From a bacterium (lineage in GTDB: Bacteria > Zhuqueibacterota > Zhuqueibacteria > Oceanimicrobiales > Oceanimicrobiaceae), in the NCBI GenBank assembly GCA_037446635.1, contig JBBIIG010000031.1:1-50267 (forward strand): 50,267 nucleotides of DNA. Reading direction: 5' to 3'. Shown one piece after another: positions 28,742-38,291 of the stretch; within the stretch, counting starts at the first letter, position 1, and the number at the start of each line of letters is the position of its first letter. The position numbers and the translations under genes were made by a program. The notes under the pieces are model-generated. The model did no database searches. It was not told where the DNA came from and saw only the letters and a program-made list of their open reading frames with translations.

Positions 28742-29815
28742 ATGAGTGTAATCGTACTGACGTTGTTTTTGTTGGGACTGGTTTTGCTGATCCTCGGCGC
28801 CGAAGCGCTGGTGCGCGGGGCGTCGCGGCTGGCGGCGCAAGTTGGCATTTCGCCGCTGGTGATTGGATTGACGGTGGTGGCGTTCGGCACCAGCTCGCCG
28901 GAATTAGCAGTGAGCGTGCAATCGGGTTGGAGCGGCCAGGCGGATATAGCGATGGGAAATATCGTGGGCAGCAACATATTTAATGTGTTGTTCATCCTCG
29001 GCATCTCGGCGGCCATCACGCCGTTGGCGGTTTCAAAACAGCTCATCCGTTTGGATGTGCCGATTATGATCGGCGTTTCTGCTCTAATTCTCTTGCTGGG
29101 TTTGGACGGCCGCATCAGCCGCTGGGATGGGGCGGCGCTGTTTGCGGGAATCGTTATTTACACGGTTTGCTTGATTTATTTGGGCCGCAAAGAAAAACGC
29201 GTCGGCGGAAACGATTTTGAAAAGGAATATGGAAAACTTGCCGGCGCGCACCAGCAATGGGCGAGCAATTTGGCGCTCATTCTCGGTGGACTTTTTATGC
29301 TGGTGCTGGGCTCGCGCTGGCTGGTGAACGGCGCGGTGGTGATCGCCGAGGAGTTGGGTGTGAGCCAATTGGTGATCGGTCTCACGATTGTGGCGGCGGG
29401 CACCTCGCTGCCGGAAGTGGCCACCTCGATCCTGGCCAGCCTGCGCGGCGAGCGCGAGATTGCGGTGGGCAACGTGGTGGGCAGCAACATTTTCAATATT
29501 TTGTCGGTTCTGGGCCTGGCCAGCGCCGTCTCGCCATACGGTATTCACGTATCGACTTCGGCTCTGCATTTTGACATCCCGGTGATGCTGGCGTCGGCGC
29601 TCGCCTGTCTGCCCATTTTTTTCACGGGCCGGGTGATTGCTCGTTGGGAGGGCTTGCTGTTTTTTGGTTACTATATCGCTTACACCACCTACTTAATTTT
29701 GAATTCCACTGCCCACGCCGTCTTGCCCATTTTCAGCGCCGTCATGTTGATGTTTGTGATTCCTATCACGGTAATCACACTGTTTGTTCTGGCGTGGCGG
29801 GCGCGGACGCGATGA
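28742..29815 (+). CDS. Calcium/sodium antiporter (YrbG/CaCA family)
   Basis: Two alpha repeats: GTSSPELAVS...GNIVGSNIFN and GTSLPEVATS...GNVVGSNIFN. Confidence 0.95.
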   Translation: MSVIVLTLFLLGLVLLILGAEALVRGASRLAAQVGISPLVIGLTVVAFGTSSPELAVSVQSGWSGQADIAMGNIVGSNIFNVLFILGISAAITPLAVSKQLIRLDVPIMIGVSALILLLGLDGRISRWDGAALFAGIVIYTVCLIYLGRKEKRVGGNDFEKEYGKLAGAHQQWASNLALILGGLFMLVLGSRWLVNGAVVIAEELGVSQLVIGLTIVAAGTSLPEVATSILASLRGEREIAVGNVVGSNIFNILSVLGLASAVSPYGIHVSTSALHFDIPVMLASALACLPIFFTGRVIARWEGLLFFGYYIAYTTYLILNSTAHAVLPIFSAVMLMFVIPITVITLFVLAWRARTR

Positions 29816-29840
29816 AAGTGAAATCTATCAGGAAAGACCT

Positions 29841-29881
29841 TCACGCAAGCCGCCAAGGCGCAAAGAAGTCTTTGCGTGCGA
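29841..29881. repeat. Short degenerate CGCAAAG-family inverted repeat
   Basis: TCACGCAAGCCGCCAAGGCGCAAAGAAGTCTTTGCGTGCGA. Confidence 0.55.
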
Positions 29882-29908
29882 CTTAATTTTTATTGAAAGT
29901 ACCTTAAT

Positions 29909-31063
29909 ATGAAATCAAAATACGACGTCGCCATCATCGGCGCGGGAGTGATTGGCTGCAGTTTGGCTTACTATCTTTGCCGGCGCGGCATCAGCAACAT
30001 TGTTATCATCGAAAAAGAAGCCTTTCCCGGCACCGGCTCCACCAGCAAAGCCTTTGGCGGCATCCGCGCGCAATTCACCACCGCAGCCAACATCCGCATG
30101 TCGCTGCTCACTATGAAATTGTTAGAGGAAATGGACGAGGAGATGGCCGCGCAGTCCGGATATATCAAAGCCGGCTACCTGTTTGTGACCGCGGAGCCCA
30201 AGCGCTTCGAGCAATTGCAGCAGACCATCGGTTTTCAGCAGCGGCTGGGAGTGACCGTCGCGCCGCTTTCCCGCGACGAAATCGCGGCGCGTTTCCCCTA
30301 CTTTCGAGTGGAGGATATTCTCGGCGGCAGCTTCGGCGCTCGCGATGGCTTCATCGATCCCGGCGGCCTCACCAACGCCTTTTACTCGCGGGCGCTCAGC
30401 CTGGGCGCGACCATGCTTTCGGAAACATCGGTGACCGGCTTATTGAAATCGCACAAGAGAATTTCCGGGGTGATAACCAATCGGGGAACGATCGCGACGG
30501 AGATCGTGGTCAACGCCGCCGGCGCCCACGCCGCCGCTATCGCCGGTTTTGCGGGAGTCGAAGTTCCGGTGCAGCCCATTCGCAGCAACATCGCGGTGAG
30601 CGGCCCCACGCCGGGACTGCCGCGCGTCATTCCCATGACAGTGGATATCGACGCCGGCCTGCTCATTCGCCGCGAAGGCGAGGGCGTGGGCTACGCCTGG
30701 ACGAATCCGAACGAGCCGCCGGGCTTTAATTCTAATTTCGATCCGGAATTTATCGAATTCATCGCCCCGAAAATTGAAAAACGCTTTCCGAACTTGATCG
30801 ACGCCGGCATCAATTTCTCCAAATGCTGGGCCGGACTCTATCCGGAGACGCCCGACCATCATGCGATTTTAGGGGACTCCGGCGTTGCCGGATTTTTGCT
30901 GGCGGTGGGTTTTGGCGGGCACGGCATCATGCACGGCCCGGCCGCCGGCCAAGTTATGAGCGAGCTCATCTCCGCCGGCAAACCGGAGAGCGTGGACATT
31001 TCGCCTTTCCGTTTGGAAAGATTCAAAACCGGCAAACTGAATTTGGAGCAGGCGGTGTTCTGA
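29909..31063 (+). CDS. FAD-dependent oxidoreductase (DAO family, sarcosine oxidase beta-like)
   Basis: IIGAGVIG, GSTSKAFGGIRAQF, DGFIDP, VVNAAGA, WAGLYPETPDH, GFGGHGIMHGPA. Confidence 0.9.
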   Translation: MKSKYDVAIIGAGVIGCSLAYYLCRRGISNIVIIEKEAFPGTGSTSKAFGGIRAQFTTAANIRMSLLTMKLLEEMDEEMAAQSGYIKAGYLFVTAEPKRFEQLQQTIGFQQRLGVTVAPLSRDEIAARFPYFRVEDILGGSFGARDGFIDPGGLTNAFYSRALSLGATMLSETSVTGLLKSHKRISGVITNRGTIATEIVVNAAGAHAAAIAGFAGVEVPVQPIRSNIAVSGPTPGLPRVIPMTVDIDAGLLIRREGEGVGYAWTNPNEPPGFNSNFDPEFIEFIAPKIEKRFPNLIDAGINFSKCWAGLYPETPDHHAILGDSGVAGFLLAVGFGGHGIMHGPAAGQVMSELISAGKPESVDISPFRLERFKTGKLNLEQAVF

Positions 31064-31069
31064 CTACTT

Positions 31070-31121
31070 TGGACGCAGATATACGCTGATCAAAACTAAT
31101 TTTTGTTTTTGTCTGCGTTCA
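31070..31121. repeat. Inverted-arm repeat (ACGCAGAT family) between convergent genes
   Basis: TGGACGCAGATATACGCTGAT...GTCTGCGTTCA; the right arm contains the GNAT stop codon. Confidence 0.6.
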
Positions 31122-31868
31122 CCCAATCTTAATCTCGCCTTTTAGCATAAAGCCGCATACTTTCAAACCCGCTTTTATTAACGCCGCCCGCGATGCATAA
31201 TTATCGATATTGCAGCGAGCGGCAGGAACTCTGCCGGCAAGGTAACACCTCTTCTTCAACTCCTGCAAGATATAACTTCCCAATCCCTTTTGCCGGCAGT
31301 CCTCCCGCACTTCCATATACAAATCCGCGAACGGCAAATTATAATGAAGCGCAAATCCGCCGGTCGCAGTAACTTCGCCGTTCATTTCCAAAACGTACTC
31401 GCCAATGGGTTCTACCTGGTGCTCAAAAATGACGTCGCGTTCGTTGCGGGGACGAAAGATTACATCGGGTAAACGGAGTTCCGTCGCCGCGTGGTCCGCA
31501 AACAAAACAACCTCCGCAAGGATATTTTGTGAAAACTCAAACAACATCGCCGTTAGCAGCAAGTCATTGCTTTGGCACTCGATGAATTTTGCACGCGAAG
31601 CTGCAATCAACTCTCGGAAAATGCGGCTGGCAAGTTTTCTAAAGGGAGGAATTAAATAGAATTCAAAAATGGTGTCGCGATCCGGTATCTTCTGTCCTTT
31701 AATCGAGCCGTAACCGATCTCCTCCTCATCGACCGTCAGCAGATAGGAGTCGCTCCAGCCGCGTTCATGACAGGCATGGTAGCGGATTTGAAAATTGGTT
31801 TCCTGCAGAAATAAGTTACGAAGCGGCTGAATTGAGCGGAGGTCGGTTTTGTGGGCTTTTAGTTGCAT
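31119..31868 (-). CDS. GNAT family N-acetyltransferase
   Basis: MEVREDCRQKGLGS (R/QxxGxG), N.ASRAALIKAG. Confidence 0.85.
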   Translation of the reverse strand: MQLKAHKTDLRSIQPLRNLFLQETNFQIRYHACHERGWSDSYLLTVDEEEIGYGSIKGQKIPDRDTIFEFYLIPPFRKLASRIFRELIAASRAKFIECQSNDLLLTAMLFEFSQNILAEVVLFADHAATELRLPDVIFRPRNERDVIFEHQVEPIGEYVLEMNGEVTATGGFALHYNLPFADLYMEVREDCRQKGLGSYILQELKKRCYLAGRVPAARCNIDNYASRAALIKAGLKVCGFMLKGEIKIG

Positions 31869-31966
31869 ATTGGGTAGAACTTAAAGCCAGCTTGGTGGCA
31901 ATGTGAGTGAGTTAGTTCTTATAATTGGCATTTTTGACCGATAACAAGCGATGGTATCGAACCGAA

Positions 31967-33208
31967 TCACGATGGTTTTGCCCGGTCAATAATTTCAATC
32001 GTGGCGTGATGCACGCGGCCGCGGCGAACCTGCTGAACCGTGAATTGCACCGCCCGTTGCAGATATGACATGCGCGGCCGCAGGGGGCCTTTGATCTTCG
32101 TCTCCAGCCATTGCGCCAGCGTTTGGGAAGCTTCTCCGGCATTCAACTTGAGCGGAAATTGCTGCATAAGTAGCTCCATCTTGATTCCGCCTCCCGCCTT
32201 CCAGCTCGTCGATGTCAGTTGAACGAGCCCCGCAGGGCTGGAGTCAAATTCATCTTCGATTTCACCGACGATCTCTTCCAGAACGTCTTCCAGCGTGACC
32301 ATGCCTAATATTTTACCCGCATGGTCTTTCACCATTGCCAGGTGATGGCGGTGGGTGATAAAAAGTTTCAGCATGGTATTCAGGTTGGCGTCGGCGCGCA
32401 CGTACAAAAGCGGACGGATCAGCCGCTCCAATTTGCAGTTTTCGACGTCGGTTTTAGAGGCAATCATTTCTTTTAAATTGATGTAGCCAACAATGTTGTC
32501 CACCGAATCCGATTCACTGATGGGATAGCGGGTATGATAATTGTTTTTCGCAATCTCAAAGTTCGCCGACGCCGGCAAATCCAGGCGCAAAAAGATGATC
32601 CATTCGCGTGGGATGATCACCGATTCGACCTTCTTTTCGCGCAGCTTCACCGCATTGAGAATGACGCTCTCCTGCTCTGCCTCAATGACATCCTGAGTTT
32701 TGGCAACACGCGTAATAGTTTCGATATCAGCGCGGCTCCACACCGCCTCACGCTCCTCTTTTTTCACTAATTTTGAAATTAGCTGTGTTACGAGAATGAC
32801 CGGTTTGAACACGACGATGATGAAACGCAGAAACGGCCCAATCAAGGGCGCCAGGCGCTCGTTATAGGCCACTCCCAATACTTTGGGAAAAATTTCGGTT
32901 CCGAAGAGAATCACGGTGGTAAACATAACAGAAAACAGCCATAGCCACTTGTCGCCATAAATCTTATCGAATGCGCCGCCGGCGATGGTTGCGCCGCCGG
33001 TGTGAGCGATAGTATTCAAAATGAGAATCGCGGCGATGGGGCGACTGATATTCTCCTTCATCTTAATCCATACTGTCGCAAATCCGCGGCCCTGCTGCTT
33101 CAATGTCTCCAACCGAATCGGATTGATACTCAGCAGCACTGCTTCCATAAGTGAACACAGAAACGATACCATGATAGCAATCAGTGTACTAACAATAAAA
33201 ATACTCAT
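31967..33208 (-). CDS. CNNM/DUF21-CBS (HlyC/CorC-like) membrane protein
   Basis: SFLCSLMEAVLLS, AILILNTIA, EIFPK, HTRYPI, GMVTLEDVLEEIVGEIEDEFD; SD AGGAG before ATG at 33208. Confidence 0.92.
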   Translation of the reverse strand: MSIFIVSTLIAIMVSFLCSLMEAVLLSINPIRLETLKQQGRGFATVWIKMKENISRPIAAILILNTIAHTGGATIAGGAFDKIYGDKWLWLFSVMFTTVILFGTEIFPKVLGVAYNERLAPLIGPFLRFIIVVFKPVILVTQLISKLVKKEEREAVWSRADIETITRVAKTQDVIEAEQESVILNAVKLREKKVESVIIPREWIIFLRLDLPASANFEIAKNNYHTRYPISESDSVDNIVGYINLKEMIASKTDVENCKLERLIRPLLYVRADANLNTMLKLFITHRHHLAMVKDHAGKILGMVTLEDVLEEIVGEIEDEFDSSPAGLVQLTSTSWKAGGGIKMELLMQQFPLKLNAGEASQTLAQWLETKIKGPLRPRMSYLQRAVQFTVQQVRRGRVHHATIEIIDRAKPS

Positions 33209-33316
33209 TCTCAACTCCTGTTCATCAAACCATTAGTTGAAATTAAGCGAAAGCAAGAAAGAATCAAGAATATTCTTTGACCCTTCTATCCCAAATAAAT
33301 CTATCACAAACAAGCC

Positions 33317-33345
33317 TTGCAAAGTTATGAAAATGTTAATATATT
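33317..33345 (+). promoter_or_regulatory. sigma70-type promoter of thiS
   Basis: TTGCAA-N17-TATATT, 28 nt upstream of the thiS ATG. Confidence 0.5.
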
Positions 33346-33373
33346 TAACAGGAATTAAACTGGCTCAACCCTC

Positions 33374-33577
33374 ATGCAAGTCGAAATCAACGGCGTTCTT
33401 CACACCCTTGAAAACGAAACCACCATTGCCGCGCTTTTGGAAGAATTAAATATCAACCTCGAACGCGGCGTCGCCGTGGCCCTCAATGATGACGTTGTTC
33501 CGAAAGCCAACTTCGCAGCTACAATTTTAAAAGAGGGCGACCGGCTTGAAATCATTCACGCCACGGCCGGCGGGTGA
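33374..33577 (+). CDS. thiS: Sulfur carrier protein ThiS
   Basis: 67 aa, VAVALN..VV, EGDRLEII, C-terminal GG; precedes thiG. Confidence 0.95.
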   Translation: MQVEINGVLHTLENETTIAALLEELNINLERGVAVALNDDVVPKANFAATILKEGDRLEIIHATAGG

Positions 33578-33581
33578 CGGA

Positions 33582-33620
33582 ATTGATTATTGTCTATTGA
33601 ATATTGATTAATGAAGAATG
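33582..33620. repeat. Heptamer tandem arm (TTGATTA/TTGTCTA family)
   Basis: TTGATTA TTGTCTA TTGAATA TTGATTA ATGAAGA; same family at 40611-40689. Confidence 0.7.
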
Positions 33621-33633
33621 AAGGAGACGTTAG

Positions 33634-34416
33634 ATGGCCAATGCTTTGATCTTAGGTGGTAAGACGTACCGCTCGCGATTGATACTTGGTACCGGCAAAT
33701 ATCCAAATTTTGAGACGATGGCCACCGCGCTGGAAGTGAGCGGCACGCAGCTTGTCACCGTGGCGATCCGCCGCGTTAATCTAAATGACCAATCCGGCGA
33801 GTCGCTGCTGAATTACATCGACCGCAAGAAATTCGATCTGCTGCCCAACACCGCTGGCTGCTACACCGCCAAAGACGCCATCCTCACCTGCGAATTAGCG
33901 CGCGAAGCCCTGGGCACGAATCTGGTAAAATTAGAAGTCATCGGCGATGAAAAGACGCTCTTCCCCGACAACGAGGCGCTGCTCGACGCCGCGAAAGAGT
34001 TGGTGAAGCGCGGGTTCACCGTTCTGCCTTACACCAGCGATGACGTGGTGCTCTGCAAAAAACTGCAGGACCTGGGCTGCGCCGCGGTGATGCCGCTGGG
34101 TGCGCCCATCGGTTCCGGGCTGGGGATCCGCAATCCCTATAACATTCAAATTATTCTCGAGCAGATAAGCATCCCCGTGATTGTCGATGCCGGCGTGGGC
34201 ACCGCCTCGGACGCCGCCATCGCGATGGAGCTCGGATGCGACGGGGTGCTGATGAATACCGCCATCGCCGGCGCCAAAGATCCGGTGAAGATGGCCGAGG
34301 CCATGCGCAAAGCCGTAGAGGCCGGGCGACTGGCGTTTGAGGCCGGACGCATCGGAAAAAAATTGTATGCCACGGCATCCAGCCCGTTGGAGGGGGTGGT
34401 AGGAAGCAAAGTGTAA
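33634..34416 (+). CDS. thiG: Thiazole synthase ThiG
   Basis: [48 protein letters not shown]. Confidence 0.98.
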   Translation: MANALILGGKTYRSRLILGTGKYPNFETMATALEVSGTQLVTVAIRRVNLNDQSGESLLNYIDRKKFDLLPNTAGCYTAKDAILTCELAREALGTNLVKLEVIGDEKTLFPDNEALLDAAKELVKRGFTVLPYTSDDVVLCKKLQDLGCAAVMPLGAPIGSGLGIRNPYNIQIILEQISIPVIVDAGVGTASDAAIAMELGCDGVLMNTAIAGAKDPVKMAEAMRKAVEAGRLAFEAGRIGKKLYATASSPLEGVVGSKV

Positions 34417-34433
34417 GGCAAGCAAAACAAGAT

Positions 34434-34709
34434 TTAGGAGATCCCGAGAGCAGCCTTTAATTTTCTGTCCAGTTTTTTGAGTAGTTCGGGCGGTGCATGC
34501 CCAAGTTTTCGGTTGCGGCGAATTCTTTGTCATTGATTCGGAGCGCATGGTCGGTAGGTCGCAGTTGTCGAACAATGTTGGTCGTAATTAAGGCAACGAT
34601 AAAATCTTCCTCTGATGCGTCTTCAGGTGAGACAACTATTGCAGGGCGTACTTTTGTGGAGGATAAATCTGAAAAGGAATGTGATCAAGACTATATCTCC
34701 ACGCCTCAC
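34434..34709 (-). pseudogene. PemK/MazF-family toxin pseudogene; not in the ORF track
   Basis: GTG overlaps the antitoxin stop. Pieces in different frames: MRRGDIVLITF / SDLSSTKVRPAIVVSPEDASEEDFIVALITTNIVRQLRPTDHALRINDKEFAAT / KLGHAPPELLKKLDRKLKAALGIS*. Confidence 0.82.
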
Positions 34710-34945
34710 AGAGGCTCTCCGTCCTCCAAAGTGTAAACATCCTGTGAAACGTCGTAATAAAAATCTAATGATCCACTGGCTTCAATAGCGCCAAGAATTT
34801 CCTGATCAGAAGCATCATTAGAATGGGACTTTTTTTTAGACGATTTGGAGAGAAGAAAGTCAACGAAATCCAAAACTTCCTGAATTTTACCTTCCGGCAG
34901 CTTCGCAATTTTGGCGACAAGTTGTTCTTTCAAATACAGTTGCAT
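34706..34945 (-). CDS. Putative type II antitoxin (DUF2281-like)
   Basis: IAKLPEGKIQEVLDFVDFL, acidic C-terminus, 79 aa, upstream of and overlapping the toxin remnant. Confidence 0.78.
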   Translation of the reverse strand: MQLYLKEQLVAKIAKLPEGKIQEVLDFVDFLLSKSSKKKSHSNDASDQEILGAIEASGSLDFYYDVSQDVYTLEDGEPL

Positions 34946-35034
34946 TGGTGGCGTCCCCTACTTTTATCTGAGCGCTGCAAATTATTCAAATTATTCTAAA
35001 AGTCAAAAAAATTTTAAGAACCCGAGGAGCAAAC

Positions 35035-35703
35035 ATGGCGAAAAAAAAGCCGAATTTAGTATCCCAGCGAGACGGGAGCGCTAAGGGTTCTAAGCCTGCT
35101 ACCAAAAAACGAATTTCCCAACGGCCCAAATCCCAAAAAAAACAGACCGCTCCCCAGCGTTTACTGCGTGAGCTGCAGGTGCATCAAATCGAGCTGGAGC
35201 TGAAAAACCGCAAGCTGCAGGAAGCCCAGCAATCCCTGGAAGAATTGCGCAACCGTTATGTTGCTCTCTATGACTTCGCCCCCATCGGCTATATTACCCT
35301 AGATCAAAAGGGCGTTATTCGAGAAGCCAATCTTACCGCGGCCACCCAGTTGGGCGTCCAGCGCTCCCGCCTAATTGGCCAATCATTCTTGCTTTTTTTA
35401 GTCAACAGTGATCTAAAAATTTTTCGGCAGCATTTGGAGCAATGCCGAGAAACCGACCACCAAATATCCATCGAAGCCTGGCTTAAACCTAAAAATGGCG
35501 TGCTGCTGCCGGTGCAATTATTAAGCGCGGCGATCCGACAGGACGAACAACTCTCATACAGAACAGCGATCGTCGACATCCTGGGGCGGCGGCTCGCCGA
35601 GAAAAAACTGCTTCAAAGTGAACAGCAATATCGCCTGTTGTTCGAGCAGAACCCGCACCCGATGTGGGTTTATGACCCGGAGACGCTGGCGTTTCGGTTG
35701 TGA
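35035..35703 (+). CDS. N-terminal part of a multi-PAS sensor kinase (ends inside a PAS domain)
   Basis: ELQVHQIELEL, LYDFAPIGYITLD PAS; ends YRLLFEQNPHPMWVYDPETLAF, which is the start of another PAS. Confidence 0.8.
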   Translation: MAKKKPNLVSQRDGSAKGSKPATKKRISQRPKSQKKQTAPQRLLRELQVHQIELELKNRKLQEAQQSLEELRNRYVALYDFAPIGYITLDQKGVIREANLTAATQLGVQRSRLIGQSFLLFLVNSDLKIFRQHLEQCRETDHQISIEAWLKPKNGVLLPVQLLSAAIRQDEQLSYRTAIVDILGRRLAEKKLLQSEQQYRLLFEQNPHPMWVYDPETLAFRL

Positions 35704-38291
35704 AAGTGGCGGCGGGGCGGCACGACGGCGATTACCGCACGGAATTTTTTAACATTGCCAATAAATCAATACGGACGCCGGAAGCTTTTCCGGCGCTGGT
35801 GCAATTCATCAATCAAAAAGCGCGCTATCGCGATAAACTACCCTTCATCAACTCCTCAGGAAATTGGCGGCACCGTAAGAAAGATGGCGGCGTCATCGAT
35901 GTAGAGATTATCAGCAGTAAAATCGTTTTTCAAGGAAAAAGCGCCATCCTGGTTTTGGCTAACGATATCACCGAGCGCAAACGGGCGGAAGAAGCGCTGC
36001 GGCAATCCCAGCAAAAGTACGAGGCCCTGGTTAATTCCGTTGATGGCATCGTGTGGGAGGCGGACGCCGCGACTTTTCGCTTTTCCTTTGTCAGCCGCAA
36101 AGCAGAGCGATTGTTGGGCTACCCGGTCAACTCCTGGCTTAACGAACCCAGTTTCTGGCAGTCTCATATTCACCCCGATGATCGCGAGTCGACGGTGGAT
36201 GTTTGTGTCAAGGCTGCTAAGGAAAAAAGAGACCACGAGTTTGAGTATCGCATGGTGGCAGCGGATGGGCGCATCGTTTGGCTGCATGATTATGTAACCG
36301 TCGCCATCGAAAATAATCATGTCGTGAAGCTGCGCGGCATCATGGTGGATATAACGGCGCGCAAACAGGCTGAAGAAGCCCTGCACGAAAACGAAGAACG
36401 CTACCGCCAATTGCTGGAAAGCGTTCCGGACGGCATCTACCGCACCACACCGGAAGGAAAATTTTTAATGGCAAACAGCGCGCTGGCGCACATGCTGGGC
36501 TACGAAAGTGTTGAGGAACTGCTCAAGGTGGATATTCCCACCGAAATTTACTTCAGCCCAGAAGAACGCAGCCGCGCGCAGGAATGGTTGCGCAAAAAAA
36601 GGCAGCGCCCCAATATTTTCCGGCTTAAAAAGAAAAACGGTAGCGAAATCTGGGTGGAAGATAACGGCCACATCCAATACGACAGCCAAGGTAATCTGCT
36701 TTACTACGAGGGCGCCGTGCGCGATATCACCGAACGCAAGCAGGCGGAGGAGGCGCTGCTGCTCAGCGAACAGCGCTTTCGCGATTTATTCGACAACGCC
36801 CCGGATGTTTACATCATTTTTGATCCCGAGGGCGAGATTTTGGATTTTAACCAGCGCGGACTGAAAAAATTAGGCTATACCCGGAGGCAGGTTGTCGGCA
36901 AATCGTTTCTCGAAATCGTACATCAGGAAGATAAAGAAAAGGCCGCGGAGTTAATCAGACAAATTCAGAAGAATCTGCGCCCGCCGCGCAATATCGACCT
37001 GCGGGTGCTGACCAAAGACGGCCAGTTCCGGTGGATGAGCAATGAATTTTCTTTGGTGCGATCGCCGGCGGGCGAGCTGCAAACCATCCGCGTGGTGTGC
37101 CGAGATATCACCGAAAAAAAGCAGCTCGAGGATGGACTCGCCCGCTCGCAGCGGCTGGAAACCGCCGGCCGCGTAGCCGGCCAAATTGCTCACGACTTCA
37201 ACAATCTGCTGACGCCGCTCACCGCTTACCCCGCGCTCATCTTTCAGGATTTGCCCAAAGATCATCCCGTCAGCGGCATGATTTTGGAGATGCAAACGGC
37301 TGCGCAAAAAATCGCCGAAATCAACCAACAGCTTTTGGCGTTGGGACGCCGCGGCCATTACAGCTTCGCGGCCGTGGATTTGAACGAGCTGGTGGAGCGC
37401 ACGCTGTTTGCCCTCAACTTGCCAAAGGAAATCGTGATTGAAAAACACCTCAGCGAGGATTTGTTTCCCATCTCCGGCGGCGCCGCCCAACTCACGCGCG
37501 CTCTCACTAATTTAATCATCAACGCCAAAGAAGCGATGCAGGACATGGGCGTGTTGACCATCAGCACGAAGAACGTCTACCTCGAAGAGCCGCTCAAAGG
37601 ATATCAAACTGTCGCGCGCGGCGAATACGTCAAACTTTCCATTGCGGATACCGGCCCCGGCATCGACCCGGAAGCCCTTGACCGCATCTTCGAGCCGTTT
37701 TTTTCCACCAAAAAAATGGACCGTATGCGCGGCTCCGGGTTGGGGCTGAGCGTCGTGCATGGCGTCATGGAAGATCACAAAGGATACATCACCGTGGAAA
37801 CTGTCCTCGGCCGCGGCGCCACCTTTTCATTGTTTTTTCCTGCGGCGCGCGATCTGGGTTTTTCGGATACCACGCGGACGCGCGCTGGAGATTCACTTTG
37901 CGGAGAAGCGCAATGCCGCGGCAGCGAGTCCATTTTAGTCATCGACGACGACGCTACCCAGCGCCGAGTCATCGAGCAAATTTTGAAACGGCTCGGCTAC
38001 GCTGTGACCGCGCTGGCCAGCGGCGAAGAAGCCGTCGCCCATCTGCGGCGCCACCCCTATGAACTTTTGATCATCGATATGGTGATGGACGGCATCGACG
38101 GCGTTGAAACCTACCGCCAGGTTCTGGAATTCGCTCCGCAGCAAAAGGCCATCCTGCTCTCCGGTTACGCCATAAGCCAGCGGGTGCAGCAGGCGCTGCA
38201 AATGGGCGCCGGCGCTTTCGTCAGCAAGCCGGTGATCTTCAAAGAGCTGGCGCTCGCGGTGCGAAACGAGCTCGACAAAAATTCAACTTGA
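35700..38291 (+). CDS. Multi-PAS hybrid histidine kinase with receiver domain (CckA-like architecture)
   Basis: Several PAS/PAC units (DITERK), H-box IAHDFNNLL, NLIINAKEAM, DTGPGI, FEPFFSTK, GSGLGLS, receiver IIDMVMDG. Confidence 0.92.
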   Translation: MKVAAGRHDGDYRTEFFNIANKSIRTPEAFPALVQFINQKARYRDKLPFINSSGNWRHRKKDGGVIDVEIISSKIVFQGKSAILVLANDITERKRAEEALRQSQQKYEALVNSVDGIVWEADAATFRFSFVSRKAERLLGYPVNSWLNEPSFWQSHIHPDDRESTVDVCVKAAKEKRDHEFEYRMVAADGRIVWLHDYVTVAIENNHVVKLRGIMVDITARKQAEEALHENEERYRQLLESVPDGIYRTTPEGKFLMANSALAHMLGYESVEELLKVDIPTEIYFSPEERSRAQEWLRKKRQRPNIFRLKKKNGSEIWVEDNGHIQYDSQGNLLYYEGAVRDITERKQAEEALLLSEQRFRDLFDNAPDVYIIFDPEGEILDFNQRGLKKLGYTRRQVVGKSFLEIVHQEDKEKAAELIRQIQKNLRPPRNIDLRVLTKDGQFRWMSNEFSLVRSPAGELQTIRVVCRDITEKKQLEDGLARSQRLETAGRVAGQIAHDFNNLLTPLTAYPALIFQDLPKDHPVSGMILEMQTAAQKIAEINQQLLALGRRGHYSFAAVDLNELVERTLFALNLPKEIVIEKHLSEDLFPISGGAAQLTRALTNLIINAKEAMQDMGVLTISTKNVYLEEPLKGYQTVARGEYVKLSIADTGPGIDPEALDRIFEPFFSTKKMDRMRGSGLGLSVVHGVMEDHKGYITVETVLGRGATFSLFFPAARDLGFSDTTRTRAGDSLCGEAQCRGSESILVIDDDATQRRVIEQILKRLGYAVTALASGEEAVAHLRRHPYELLIIDMVMDGIDGVETYRQVLEFAPQQKAILLSGYAISQRVQQALQMGAGAFVSKPVIFKELALAVRNELDKNST

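Noticed and set aside
29909..31063. Calling the DAO-family gene thiO
   Set aside because: Its GGIRAQF and GHGIMH motifs look more like sarcosine oxidase beta-type proteins, and two opposite-strand genes separate it from thiS
34497..34736. 79-aa plus-strand ORF
   Set aside because: Antisense to the PemK/MazF pseudogene, which explains the sequence better
35700..35820. Diversity-generating retroelement as the cause of the clustered PAS substitutions
   Set aside because: No template repeat or reverse transcriptase in the window, and the inferred changes are not adenine-specific on the coding strand
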